A stretch of 58,679 nt of DNA. Origin: a plasmid. The notes beneath the pieces are model-generated. The model made no database searches. It saw nothing but the letters and a program-made list of their open reading frames with translations, and was not told the DNA's origin. The position numbers were made by a program, and so were the translations under genes. This document shows positions 17,489 through 27,900 of this stretch, one piece after another (positions within the stretch are counted from its first letter, which is position 1; the number at the start of each line of letters is the position of its first letter). Where the stretch lies: the sequence record NC_009704.1. The stretch is one strand, 5' to 3'.

Positions 17489-18421
17489 ATGCAAAGAGAA
17501 ACCCAATTATTCATCATGGTAGCAATCATTATGTCATCATCAGTATACGCTGATGATGGCAGTGATGATATTTATCGTATAAGCGATGACTATATATCAA
17601 ACATTCAAATTGAACGTCCTATATTAGTGAGCAGCAATACACAAAGTCGCCTACTATCGGCTTCATCATCCTCTCCGCAGATTGTAGAACCACCTAAAAA
17701 ACCGACCATACAACTTGTCGCTCTCAACAACATAATTCAAAGTGGGACACCCTCACCAATTGAATTCAGAGGGAGTGGGGCTGATAATCAGTCGTTCTAT
17801 GACGCAATACGAAAAATAGCGCCTACTGGATGGACAATATCAATCTCAAGCGACATAGATAAAGATTTCAAAAATAAGAAATTCAAATGGGTAGGAAATG
17901 ACCTATGGTTGAATATTCTGCAAAGGGTTTTAGCTGAGAATAATATTAACGGTTATGTAAACTGGTCATTAAAGAGAATTTCATTTGTTTATCCACAAAA
18001 TGAAAAAAACAAGCAAACTGCATTGATTACACCAAATGTTCCGGTGACCACAACCTCAGTTGCCGTTCAGAACGATAACAAGAACCCATTTAATAGCAAG
18101 AGTGCTATTAGCAAACCGACTCCAGAAAAAATAATACCGCCACTAAAAATATGGAATGCCAATGTGGGATTAACGCTACACAGTACACTTCTAAAATGGA
18201 GTGGTGAAGTGCCATGTAACATTATAGGCAAGTGGACTATAAACTGGAACTCTTCAAAGGATTACTCGATAGACTCAGCTTTAACATTCAGAGGCGAATA
18301 TCTTGATGCAGTAACCCAGCTTTTTAATTTGTATAAAAAAGCAAATTCCCCGTTATTTATTGATGTATATAAAACACAATGTTTAATAATTGTTAGCGAT
18401 GCTAGCGAAAATAAAAAATAA
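17489..18421 (+). CDS. Pilus assembly protein with two TcpQ/PilL-like repeats
   Basis: Signal peptide. Two internally repeated segments with W...G.TL...L..W...G patterns. First gene of the pil cluster. Confidence 0.4.
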   Translation: MQRETQLFIMVAIIMSSSVYADDGSDDIYRISDDYISNIQIERPILVSSNTQSRLLSASSSSPQIVEPPKKPTIQLVALNNIIQSGTPSPIEFRGSGADNQSFYDAIRKIAPTGWTISISSDIDKDFKNKKFKWVGNDLWLNILQRVLAENNINGYVNWSLKRISFVYPQNEKNKQTALITPNVPVTTTSVAVQNDNKNPFNSKSAISKPTPEKIIPPLKIWNANVGLTLHSTLLKWSGEVPCNIIGKWTINWNSSKDYSIDSALTFRGEYLDAVTQLFNLYKKANSPLFIDVYKTQCLIIVSDASENKK

Positions 18422-18433
18422 TTTGGGCGACAT

Positions 18434-20140
18434 ATGAAAATTAAATTAATAACTGCTTGTGTCATGGCGGCGCTGCTTTCTGGTTGCTCAATTGGCCGTA
18501 TTAATAAAGTAATAGACTCCGCGCAGTCAGATTCTGAAAAAGTCAGCAATATGATTGCAGAAACGGCAACTGTTAGACCGCCAGTTAAAATCCATGATGA
18601 GCAATGGATTAACCCTATTCCGATTAAGTCAGCAACAGCAGATATTCCGGCAGCAATGATTAATTGCGTGATCACTTATAAACCAGTACGGCCTCAAGAT
18701 GTGTATCAGTTCGGCCAGGACGTTACGCAGCAGTGCAATATTCCAGTTCGAATTTCACCTGATGCAGCCGCTATGTTATCAGGCAATAACAGCACTGGAG
18801 GGGGGGGACGGCCAACCAATCAAATGAGCAGCGTTCCAGCTCCGATTGTTCCCCCTGAAGCTAACGGCATGGTTCCACTACAGACGTTGGGAACCATGCA
18901 ACCAGGTAACAATGGTAGCGTGGCTTATAGCGGCGGTGTAGCCCGTAAAATTACAGATGTGGCATTCTCTGGCAACGTGGCACGTCTACTCGATATTGTC
19001 ACCTCTCGCCTTGGCGTGTCGTGGCGATATGCAAACGGTGAAATCACTATTTTCTATCTCCAAACTAAGCGATTTGATATCGATACGACTAATGCAAAAT
19101 ATACATTAGAAAATCAGCAAAAAAGTGGCTTATCCACTCAAAGCGGAAGCAATGGCACTGGTGAAAAATCAAGTGGGATATCTGGTACTAGCGGCTCTAA
19201 CACACTGCAAACAACTGAAATGTCGAATGATATCTATGGAGACATTCAAAAAACGGTTGAAAGTATGTTAACGCCAGGAGTAGGGCGAGTAAGCATAAAT
19301 CAAACCTCTGGTGTCGTTGTTGTAACCGATGTTCCCAACGTGGTGCGTAATATTGGTGAGTATCTGCAAGATGAGAACAGTAAACTTTCCAAACAGGTTT
19401 TATTTAAAGTTGTCATTTACACTATTACATCTGAAGTTTCTGATAATGTCGGAATTGATTGGGATATTATCTTTAAATCCCTATCAGGAAAATATGGTAT
19501 AAACCTTGCCAGCTCATCAGGATTAAGTACCGATTTGGCAAATGGGAGCTTTGAAATTTTAGATACTGCTACAGGTAAAGCAGCTCAATTTGCCGGTTCT
19601 CAGTTCATGCTTCAAGCATTGTCAAAACAAGCGAATGTAACAGATACAAAAACACTTAATTTGATGACCACAAACTTAGCTACGGCTGGTTTATTAATCG
19701 GTAAACAAACGACTTATTTACAGCGTTCATCTATAACTTCAATAGGTAGTGGTAATTCTTCTGAACCGGTTCAGTCATTAGAACCAGGACAAATAACCAC
19801 TGGTACTAATATTGTTATATTACCAAAAATATTAAATGATAATGAAAAGATGATGTTGACAATGATGTTAGATATAACGTCATTAAATAAATTAAGGAAA
19901 ATAGATACCGCAGATAAAAAATTAAGTATTGAAGGGCCGGATTCTGATTCCAGTTCTATTCCACAACGGATTTGGTTGAAACCAGGTGAAACAATCCTAA
20001 TGAGTGGCTTTGAACAGATTGTGAAGGATGGCAGTAAGCAGGGCATGGGTGATCCTAATAATATTATAATGGGCGGTAACATGTCGGGCAGTGATAAGAA
20101 ACAGTCCTTCGTCATTACTATTACGCCTATTCTTCGCTAA
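18434..20140 (+). CDS. pilN: PilN-like secretin lipoprotein (type IVb pilus)
   Basis: Lipobox LLSGC. 568 aa. Secretin-like C-terminal region. Size and order match R64 pilN. Confidence 0.6.
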   Translation: MKIKLITACVMAALLSGCSIGRINKVIDSAQSDSEKVSNMIAETATVRPPVKIHDEQWINPIPIKSATADIPAAMINCVITYKPVRPQDVYQFGQDVTQQCNIPVRISPDAAAMLSGNNSTGGGGRPTNQMSSVPAPIVPPEANGMVPLQTLGTMQPGNNGSVAYSGGVARKITDVAFSGNVARLLDIVTSRLGVSWRYANGEITIFYLQTKRFDIDTTNAKYTLENQQKSGLSTQSGSNGTGEKSSGISGTSGSNTLQTTEMSNDIYGDIQKTVESMLTPGVGRVSINQTSGVVVVTDVPNVVRNIGEYLQDENSKLSKQVLFKVVIYTITSEVSDNVGIDWDIIFKSLSGKYGINLASSSGLSTDLANGSFEILDTATGKAAQFAGSQFMLQALSKQANVTDTKTLNLMTTNLATAGLLIGKQTTYLQRSSITSIGSGNSSEPVQSLEPGQITTGTNIVILPKILNDNEKMMLTMMLDITSLNKLRKIDTADKKLSIEGPDSDSSSIPQRIWLKPGETILMSGFEQIVKDGSKQGMGDPNNIIMGGNMSGSDKKQSFVITITPILR

Positions 20141-20149
20141 GGAGTATTT

Positions 20150-21484
20150 ATGGCTACTGAAACGAAGGAAAGGAAAAAGATACGGGTAGTAACTTATAAC
20201 AATAAACAATTTGTCGTCGGGCTGGAATGGAGAAGTATTACTGGCGGCAGAAACTTTATGAAAGAAGTAAAGCGAATAGGCAAAGAGGAAAAACTTGATG
20301 TTGTTGCAATAAGACAGACGGAATCAGTCCAAGCCGGTTTTGCTCCACAAACAGACATTCCATTGAAAGGGAAGTATTCATTTTCAATTTCACTTGTCTC
20401 TCTGTTACCTGGTCGCTGGATTGGTGTATTTCCTGTTGCCCCTGATGATGCAAGTAATAATGAATATATTATTATTGCTACATCAGATGGGATTATATTC
20501 CCTGCAACAGATAAGATAATCATGGAAGATGAAGTTGAGCAAGAGGTTAACGACCTTAAATCTCGACTATCGCTAGGTGAAGGTAAAGTTGAGATATACG
20601 GTGACGCAAAAAAATTCTTTTGGGTAACGTCTGAGATTTCTTTAAGTGAAATTTTAGCGGCTAAAAACCTGAAGAAAGAATATAAGCTGAAACTGTTAAC
20701 ATGGGGATTAACCAAAAAGCAGATCTACTTCTTTATTGCCTTATTTATCGCTGCATTGTTTGCCCTTTATTTAGTGAATGTGTATCTCGAAGCGAAAGCC
20801 GAAGAGGAAAGGCTTGAAAGAGTCGAAGCCAGAAAGAAAGCGGAAAAGATTAACGAAGAGGCCAGATATAAAGCCAGTCTGGACAGTTTAAAACATCCGT
20901 GGGTAACACAAGCGTCTATTCAAAACTTCATCAAAACGTGTGATAGCAAACTTCCAGAGATTCCTTTGTCTTTGGCTGGACGTAAGCCTGTCACACTTGA
21001 TTGTAGCCATAACAGTATGGACGTTCTCTATGAAAGGTTAGACGGTTCTTCAGTGGGCAGTACAGAGTTTAAAGAAAAGGTAGAACAGTTATTTAATACC
21101 ACCCCGTCATTTAACATGAAACAGCCCTCTATCGTGGGATTTTCTCTGGCGTTAGATAACAAACCGGATGGTGATGATCCAGTTGCATCGATGAGTGAGC
21201 AGTTGAATAAGTTTGTTACGTTACTTCAGCGAAATAATATTGAGTTCACTTTAACTGATGCGCCATCCCCTGAAAAAAAGTTTGATGGTCAAGGGGTGGA
21301 GCTACCCTTACCTGACTGGAGAGAAATATATTTCTCTTATGATTCGATGTATCCACCGCGAGATATATTTAAACAGAACAATTTAAGCGGTATGAGAGTT
21401 ACAAACATCATATACGTCATTAACAATGATACATCTGAAATTTTATATAAGGTAAAAGGGGTTATTTATTATGGTAAAAAGTAA
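20150..21484 (+). CDS. pilO: PilO-like pilus assembly protein
   Basis: 444 aa. Position follows pilN. Confidence 0.45.
   Translation: MATETKERKKIRVVTYNNKQFVVGLEWRSITGGRNFMKEVKRIGKEEKLDVVAIRQTESVQAGFAPQTDIPLKGKYSFSISLVSLLPGRWIGVFPVAPDDASNNEYIIIATSDGIIFPATDKIIMEDEVEQEVNDLKSRLSLGEGKVEIYGDAKKFFWVTSEISLSEILAAKNLKKEYKLKLLTWGLTKKQIYFFIALFIAALFALYLVNVYLEAKAEEERLERVEARKKAEKINEEARYKASLDSLKHPWVTQASIQNFIKTCDSKLPEIPLSLAGRKPVTLDCSHNSMDVLYERLDGSSVGSTEFKEKVEQLFNTTPSFNMKQPSIVGFSLALDNKPDGDDPVASMSEQLNKFVTLLQRNNIEFTLTDAPSPEKKFDGQGVELPLPDWREIYFSYDSMYPPRDIFKQNNLSGMRVTNIIYVINNDTSEILYKVKGVIYYGKK
20652..20667. promoter_or_regulatory. KorB operator (OB) inside pilO
   Basis: TTTTAGCGGCTAAAAA. Encodes LAAK in frame. 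Confidence 0.65.
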
Positions 21485-21914
21485 GCTAATAAAGAATAGA
21501 GTTTATTTTCTATTGCTATCTATAATCATCTCTTGTTCTGTCAGTGCAAATGAAATAAGTGAAGTTAAATCAGTTTGGGATTTAGATGTATTGCAAAGCC
21601 AAACTACTTACCTTAAAGCCTTAGCTGCGTTTCAGGAAGCTAAAGATAAAAGCGGTGGAACAATGCCGATTGTCGGGAGTGTTGCACCAGGGGTTAACTC
21701 CGCACAAAAAATACTCTTACCACAAGTTATTAAAATTGTGGGTAATGGCAGTGGTCTATCGGTGAGATTGGTTTTATCTAATGGTACAGAAATGACCAAG
21801 AAGAAAGGCGACTCTATACCAGGGGGATACAAACTAACAAAAGTAACTCTTGATGAAGTGAGTATTTCTGATGCTGCGGGGACGTCCTTTATTCTTAGTG
21901 AGGTTGGCTCATGA
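21471..21914 (+). CDS. pilP: PilP-like
   Basis: 147 aa with a signal peptide. Position matches. Confidence 0.4.
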   Translation: MVKSKLIKNRVYFLLLSIIISCSVSANEISEVKSVWDLDVLQSQTTYLKALAAFQEAKDKSGGTMPIVGSVAPGVNSAQKILLPQVIKIVGNGSGLSVRLVLSNGTEMTKKKGDSIPGGYKLTKVTLDEVSISDAAGTSFILSEVGS

Positions 21915-23443
21915 AAGTTTTAAATTTATCCGGTATTGATGGTGTTGCTGATTATCATTTGCCAGCAAAATTAAAAGATGCAATGTGTCTGGTCAAAACA
22001 GATTTAGGCAATATTGAATTAAGGGTGTCAAGCCACTTAATTAACTCTGCTGAAGTCATGGATTATGAGCGACAACTAAAAAAAACAAACACGGAATTTA
22101 AATTAGTTCCATCCAATATAGCTGAGATTGTAGAGCTTAATCAGCAAAGTGGGGTAACAACTCAAGAGCAGTTGAATATTATTCACGGTAAAATATTTGA
22201 AATTTTTTCGGCGGCAACAGACGCGAGATCGTCCGATATACATTTTCGTTTACGCAGTAAGTTATGCAATGTCTTTTTTAGAGTTGATGGGAAGTTAAGG
22301 TTCTATAAAGAGTTAACGCCAGAAGATGGTAAGTCATATATTAACTCTCTCTTCAATACACGGTGCGAAGACCGGAGTCATCAGTCAATTTCCTACCAAG
22401 AACCTTGTGGGGCGAAAGTTAGCGAGGATTTTGTACAGCCATTGGGGTTAAGTGGAGGGCGCTTTGCCAGTCGGCCTGTTGCTGATGGGGGGATGGTTGC
22501 TGTTATTCGTCTTATCTCTCGACGAAATGAAATTCTGTCAATGGAACAGCTGGGTTTAACTGACACTGAAATAGAAACGTTGGAGCGGGCTATAGCAAAG
22601 CCTACCGGAGTGATATTTCTAACCGGCCCTATGGGATCGGGGAAAAGTACCCTGGCTCAGGTTGTTTGTGAACTGCTCACCAGTCGAGATCCAGGGATAC
22701 ACCTGTTAACGGTGGAGAACCCTGTGGAATCCCCTATTAAAGGTGCCGTTCAAACGTCACTTGGAACGGGAGAAGAGTGGTGGGAAGCAATTAAAAGCAT
22801 GATGCGCCTGGATTTGAACTGGATACTGATTGGTGAAGTACGAGATCCCCTTTCTGCTTCAGCAGCTATTGAAGCGGCTCAAACCGGCCACAATGTACTG
22901 ACAACAATCCATACCACATTTCCTATTGATACTATTTCTCGGTTAAAAAGTCTTAATGTACAAAGTGATTTGATTACTGATGCGTCATTGATTACCTGCC
23001 TGGTTGGTCAACGACTGGCTCCAAAGCTGTGTCCCTCATGTAAACAAAAGTACACCGATAGCAGCAAATCGGTTGCACCAGTAATTAAAAAGATTATTGA
23101 TAAACACTGTGATATTGACAGTATTTATTTGAAAAACCCTCAAGGATGTACTGAATGCTCAGGGGCTGGAGTAAAAGGCCGAGTGGGTATATTTGAAGTC
23201 ATTGAAGTCGATGCAAACTTTATGGATATTTATCATAGCCAGGGGAAGATAAAGGCTTATGAACATTGGTATATAAATGGTGGTGCCACATTATGTACTA
23301 ACACTCTTCGTTTAGTTAATACCGGCGAAATCGACCCTGTTTTAAGTCATAAAGACGTTTGTAATTTGGATCGCGATTATCTCATCTTTACTGATGAAGT
23401 GAGAGCCGCAGCCAAAGTGAATAGAGAGAAGATAAATGAATAA
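21911..23443 (+). CDS. pilQ: PilQ-like GspE-family assembly ATPase
   Basis: Walker A GPMGSGKST. CxxC zinc motifs. 510 aa. Confidence 0.8.
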   Translation: MKVLNLSGIDGVADYHLPAKLKDAMCLVKTDLGNIELRVSSHLINSAEVMDYERQLKKTNTEFKLVPSNIAEIVELNQQSGVTTQEQLNIIHGKIFEIFSAATDARSSDIHFRLRSKLCNVFFRVDGKLRFYKELTPEDGKSYINSLFNTRCEDRSHQSISYQEPCGAKVSEDFVQPLGLSGGRFASRPVADGGMVAVIRLISRRNEILSMEQLGLTDTEIETLERAIAKPTGVIFLTGPMGSGKSTLAQVVCELLTSRDPGIHLLTVENPVESPIKGAVQTSLGTGEEWWEAIKSMMRLDLNWILIGEVRDPLSASAAIEAAQTGHNVLTTIHTTFPIDTISRLKSLNVQSDLITDASLITCLVGQRLAPKLCPSCKQKYTDSSKSVAPVIKKIIDKHCDIDSIYLKNPQGCTECSGAGVKGRVGIFEVIEVDANFMDIYHSQGKIKAYEHWYINGGATLCTNTLRLVNTGEIDPVLSHKDVCNLDRDYLIFTDEVRAAAKVNREKINE

Positions 23444-24500
23444 GTTTAATCGTGCTCTTTATAAAATGACGTTCAATGTTAATGACCGAGAGGATGTTTA
23501 TGACAATTTCAGACAATATCTTATAGATGGTCAGTCTGTTGATAATACATTCAAGAATTTGATTGTTAATTATACCCGGCGAGGGAGAAAACCCAATAGC
23601 CCGATGGCTGAGATTATAAGGGAATGGGAAGAGAAATTTAAGTTGGGCGATACATTAGGTGAGTCTTTGAGAGAATGGATACCCGAACAGGAGCTAAGTG
23701 TCATAGATGCTTGTGATACTGCTGGACGGCCTTGGGATGGTTTTCAAAAAGCAATCAAGATAGCAAGATCTGCGGAAAGAATTAAAAAAACTATCAAGGG
23801 TGCCTTTTTTACCAGCATCTACATGTTTTTACTTTCTTTTATTTTACTGGCTTTTGCTTGCTCACTCCTTGTCCCTACATTGCTCGAAGCCGTGCCTTTA
23901 TTTAGATGGAGTACCACACAGAAATTTGTTTATTATTTTTATATATTTATCAGTGGTTATTGGTGGGCATTAATTGCCGTTTGTTTGATAGTTGGATATA
24001 TTATTTATCATTCATTAGACAGATGGACAGGCAACTCACGATTTCATGCTGATAAGTTTGTTCCGTATTCTCTATATAAAGAAATGCATGGCGCAACATT
24101 TATTATCAATGTAGACGCGATGTTGTCAGCGGGAATACCACTAAAAGATTCACTGATTAAAATACGGAACATGTCTGATTCTGATTGGTTGATAGAAAGG
24201 GTGAATGGTGCAATATCAGGTTTAACTGAGGGGGAAGAAAATTTAGGGCTAGCATTAGATATTTCTAACTTTGAATTTCCAAGTGAAGACGCAATTATTA
24301 AAATGCAGAGCCTTTTTGAAACCGCGAATAAAGAAGGTTCATTAGAGCGTTTTGGTGAACGTCAACTTGAAAATACAATATCGAGAGTCGAAAGAAAAAC
24401 AGCAGTCATTAAAGTTGCAAGTATGGTTTTTGGTGCCGGTTGCACCGTAGGAATCTTCTTTGTCATGTACAGTTTAATTCAACAAGTCTTTGGCATTTAA
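23436..24500 (+). CDS. pilR: PilR-like GspF-family platform membrane protein
   Basis: 354 aa polytopic membrane protein following the ATPase. Confidence 0.6.
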   Translation: MNKFNRALYKMTFNVNDREDVYDNFRQYLIDGQSVDNTFKNLIVNYTRRGRKPNSPMAEIIREWEEKFKLGDTLGESLREWIPEQELSVIDACDTAGRPWDGFQKAIKIARSAERIKKTIKGAFFTSIYMFLLSFILLAFACSLLVPTLLEAVPLFRWSTTQKFVYYFYIFISGYWWALIAVCLIVGYIIYHSLDRWTGNSRFHADKFVPYSLYKEMHGATFIINVDAMLSAGIPLKDSLIKIRNMSDSDWLIERVNGAISGLTEGEENLGLALDISNFEFPSEDAIIKMQSLFETANKEGSLERFGERQLENTISRVERKTAVIKVASMVFGAGCTVGIFFVMYSLIQQVFGI

Positions 24501-24516
24501 ATAGGAATATAAATAG

Positions 24517-25023
24517 ATGAAAATTTTAAAGAAAGGTCTTAACGCTATTACTGATGAAACGATTGCTAAAGTCGTTGGCTTTCTATTCCTGGCAGGTGTG
24601 GTTGTTGCCGGTGTTGTTCTAAATGGTAAAATAGGCTCAACAACAATGGTGAATGCAATGAGTACATTACTCAATGAAGCTAAGGGGTTAAGAACGTCAG
24701 CGGGGTACGGTACAGGAGATCTAACGCCAGCGTTGATACGCTCAAAATCCATTCAGAAAGGGCTAAAAATTGATGGTGATAAACTTTATAACCCAACTAA
24801 CGGGCCTGTCACTATTACGGGATCTGGAATGACCTTTACATTAGCAACCAGTAAAGTGAAAGATGAAGATTGTATGAAACTGGCGACAACATTAAGTGGT
24901 GCTGATATTGAGTCAATGAAGATAAATAGCGGCTCAACCGTAACAAGTGAAATGTCACAAATAGATGCGGCTAATCAATGCAACGCAGGAAAAGAAAATA
25001 CAATTTCAATTACTTCTTACTAA
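24517..25023 (+). CDS. pilS: PilS-like type IVb major prepilin
   Basis: N-terminus KKGLNAIT...hydrophobic helix, sharing the KKGLxAI motif with the downstream PilV-like protein. Confidence 0.5.
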   Translation: MKILKKGLNAITDETIAKVVGFLFLAGVVVAGVVLNGKIGSTTMVNAMSTLLNEAKGLRTSAGYGTGDLTPALIRSKSIQKGLKIDGDKLYNPTNGPVTITGSGMTFTLATSKVKDEDCMKLATTLSGADIESMKINSGSTVTSEMSQIDAANQCNAGKENTISITSY

Positions 25024-25038
25024 TATATAAGGTCTATT

Positions 25039-25992
25039 GTGACAGAATCCTTGCTCAAAGATTCTGGCTTTGTTGATTTATATCTTGGTGATGATTATAC
25101 CGATATAAAAGGCATGATAGGGGCAAGCAATAGGCTTGCCCCTGCGCCAGAAATATTAAAAAACGATATCGAGAGTTTAAGACAACAATGTTTGAATTTT
25201 TATCATGCAGAAAAAAGGAATGAATTCTCTATTTTTTATGGTGAACGGTTGTACAGGGTAACAACAACTATTGATGTTTATCAAAATATTGGTTTTGTTA
25301 TCAGACAAACGCCGAATGAATTATTCACTCTACAAAAAGTAGGTCTATCATCTGATCTTATAAAGCTCATCAGCCAGAATAATAATTCTGGTTTAGTTTT
25401 AGTTTCAGGAAAAATGGGAGCAGGGAAGACAACCACGGCAGCGGCTATGATTTGCCACAGAATTAAGGAGAGCGGAAACCTTGGTGTTTCAATAGAAGAT
25501 CCGATAGAAACATTACTCGGTGGAAAACATGGTGATGGTCGCTGTATTCAACTGGAAGTCTCTGATAATGAGGGATACCCGCTAGCGATAAAGCGGGCCT
25601 TGAGAATGGGGGCCAATAATATCCTCATAGGGGAAATACGAGACGCGCAGACAGCCCATGAAGTCATGAAAGCATCTCTGAATGGTGCATTCATTGTTGC
25701 TACGATTCATGCGAATAATTGTATTGATGCAATTGAACGATATTCTATTTTCTGTAATGAAATAAACAGTAAAGCAAACTCGATAATTGCAAAATCACTT
25801 TTTATTGTCACTAATCAAGTGTTAATGCCATCTATATATGAAAGTAATATAAGAGGTTATACATGTACAGTGAATGGTTACGATATTCGCGCGAGTACAA
25901 CTATTCAGGCAAAAATCAGAGACGGAAATTTCCAAACCTTAAAAGATGAATTTGACAGCATCAATCAAAAGCAAATGCGACATTCTCTATAA
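25039..25992 (+). CDS. Small GspE/PilT-like ATPase (possible retraction-type ATPase)
   Basis: Walker A GKMGAGKTTT. Motifs IEDPIE and ILIGEIRD. 317 aa. GTG start. Confidence 0.55.
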   Translation: MTESLLKDSGFVDLYLGDDYTDIKGMIGASNRLAPAPEILKNDIESLRQQCLNFYHAEKRNEFSIFYGERLYRVTTTIDVYQNIGFVIRQTPNELFTLQKVGLSSDLIKLISQNNNSGLVLVSGKMGAGKTTTAAAMICHRIKESGNLGVSIEDPIETLLGGKHGDGRCIQLEVSDNEGYPLAIKRALRMGANNILIGEIRDAQTAHEVMKASLNGAFIVATIHANNCIDAIERYSIFCNEINSKANSIIAKSLFIVTNQVLMPSIYESNIRGYTCTVNGYDIRASTTIQAKIRDGNFQTLKDEFDSINQKQMRHSL

Positions 25993-26004
25993 TATGAGGT
26001 GGTA

Positions 26005-27261
26005 ATGAAAAAATTTAAAAAAGGGTTGGCGGCGATATCAGGGCAAACAATCGCTTTAATTGCTGGCCTAATTGTACTGGCAACAATTACCGTACCGGCA
26101 GTGAATCTGCTTCAACGTGACCAGTCATACAGCGTGGCGGCGAGTCACGCTAATCGTGTAGAGAAAGCCGTTAATAAATATATTCTTGAACAATCCGCTA
26201 TTGTTGGTGCGGGATCTACAGCCAGTAGTCCTTATACTATTGATGTTCCGTTGTTAATCAGTAAAGGGTATTTGCCTAGTGGCTTTGCCGCACAAAATAA
26301 TTTCTCAAGTACCTATAAAACGCTAGTTTTCCAACCTTCGACGCAAAAATTCCATAGCATGACCTTTCTTGATGGGGGAACTCAGCTAAGCATGAGCGCT
26401 GCCAGGAAGTTTGCGACACGAATTGGTGATAGTGGTGGCGTCATTGAAAACGGGGTTGCCAATGGCGTACAGGGCTTATGGAGCGAAAACCTATCAGCAT
26501 TCGGGGGGTTTAATCCAGGCGATGGCCATGTCGTGATCGCGGGGTTCTTCTCAAATGGCTCTGTGGTAAACGAGTATTTGTACCGTAAAGCCGTGCCTGG
26601 TCATCCAGAGCTTAATACTATGAGTACAGCGCTAAATATGGGCGCAAATGATATCAACGCCGTTCGTGATCTCAATGCGGCAGGTAATGCCGTGGTTCAA
26701 GGCAATATTACAGCAGGGAACACCGTTACGGCCACCGGTACAGTTAAAGCCGCTACCACGGACACAAGCGGAGAGACGTATACCGGCGGCTGGTTTCGAA
26801 CAAGGGGTGATACAGGTTGGTACTCTGAAAAGTGGGGCGGCGGTTGGCATATGACCGATGGAACTTGGCTAAGAGCGTATGGCGGTAAATCAATCTATAC
26901 CGCAGGTATTGTGCAAGCGGCAACGTTCCAGCCTGGGCAGGTAAGTGTTGTTAACACAGCATGTCCTGAAAGCGGGCGTATAAGTCGTGATGCGACTGGA
27001 GCCATACTGAGCTGTCAATCCGGTGTGTGGGCCACCAGTGGGAAAGTAGTGGTTATCAACGGCTATAACCCTACATGCCCTGCCAATAAAATTCCCGTGG
27101 CGCGCTATTGGACACAGGCAGGGGGAAGTAATTACGGCGATTATTGCTCACTACAAACAGGGTGGGCGGGAGTAACAACACCGAGTTGTGAGTCGTGTGC
27201 AAATTGGGAAAAGTGTCATATGGTGTACTCCCAAACTTGGTCTGCCACAGCTTGTAGCTGA
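26005..27261 (+). CDS. pilV: PilV-like minor pilin/adhesin
   Basis: AGGTGG ribosome-binding site before the ATG at 26005. Prepilin-like N-terminus KKGLAAISGQTIALIAGLIVLA. Large Gly-rich C-terminal domain. Confidence 0.5.
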   Translation: MKKFKKGLAAISGQTIALIAGLIVLATITVPAVNLLQRDQSYSVAASHANRVEKAVNKYILEQSAIVGAGSTASSPYTIDVPLLISKGYLPSGFAAQNNFSSTYKTLVFQPSTQKFHSMTFLDGGTQLSMSAARKFATRIGDSGGVIENGVANGVQGLWSENLSAFGGFNPGDGHVVIAGFFSNGSVVNEYLYRKAVPGHPELNTMSTALNMGANDINAVRDLNAAGNAVVQGNITAGNTVTATGTVKAATTDTSGETYTGGWFRTRGDTGWYSEKWGGGWHMTDGTWLRAYGGKSIYTAGIVQAATFQPGQVSVVNTACPESGRISRDATGAILSCQSGVWATSGKVVVINGYNPTCPANKIPVARYWTQAGGSNYGDYCSLQTGWAGVTTPSCESCANWEKCHMVYSQTWSATACS

Positions 27262-27278
27262 TTAGTCCGTTATCCGCA

Positions 27279-27306
27279 CCGACACAACCTGTGTCGGTAT
27301 ATATTC
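27279..27306 (+). terminator. Rho-independent terminator after pilV
   Basis: CCGACACA-acc-TGTGTCGG followed by a T-rich tract. Confidence 0.6.
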
Positions 27307-27494
27307 CTATTACTCATCGCTTTAAACGAGATTAAAGGTGAACATTCAATACCTAATGACTAGGGTTAAATATTTAGCTATAGAGTTAATCCAACCCAAA
27401 TTATTAGCCCCCATCTTATTGATTATGCTTATTCTGATATTTACTTTATCAATTTGGATAAACATGCTATTAGAATAATTTTCACGAGGAAATA

Positions 27495-27896
27495 ATGAAA
27501 TATAAATCACTGCCAAAAGAATTAGAATTAATTGAATATAGCATATCAAATGTCAATCTAGGGGAAAGAAAAGAAAATATTGAAAATGGTTTTAAACAAC
27601 TCTTATTAGCATGTGATGGAAAAGGTGATAGTGATTTTTATGGTGAAGCTGTTAAATTAAAATGCCTACTTATTAAACAGCGAAATACTCTCCGAATTTC
27701 AGGATGTGAAGAAGATTCTTTGCACAATTTAACCGCAGCCATCGAATTTATTAAGGATTTATCTTGGAGCTATTTTAGAACTACACTTCAAGCAGAAAGC
27801 ATTGCTGATACGATAAGCTTGTATTTTGGCCCATGTTTGTTTGCACTAGTAATAACTACATTTTCCTTTGGAGCTTACATATTAATAACGAGGTAA
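27495..27896 (+). CDS. Hypothetical protein (AT-rich segment)
   Basis: 133-aa ORF with a C-terminal TM helix. No recognisable motifs. Confidence 0.3.
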   Translation: MKYKSLPKELELIEYSISNVNLGERKENIENGFKQLLLACDGKGDSDFYGEAVKLKCLLIKQRNTLRISGCEEDSLHNLTAAIEFIKDLSWSYFRTTLQAESIADTISLYFGPCLFALVITTFSFGAYILITR

Positions 27897-27900
27897 TGCC

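Noticed and set aside
6061-26850. Numerous 60-170-aa ORFs are fully embedded in or antisense to large conserved genes. Examples are 6061-6366, 6518-6763, 8193-8441, 10752-10970, 15070-15363, 16500-16880, 18262-18675, 19771-20115, 20194-20715 and 26632-26850.
   Set aside because: They overlap well-supported T4SS or pil genes on the opposite strand or in another frame, with no motifs. Frame-shadow ORFs.
27262-27500. A shufflon (19-bp sfx inverted repeats plus rci) was looked for downstream of pilV.
   Set aside because: No repeated 19-mers and no adjacent recombinase were found. pilV ends in an intrinsic terminator.
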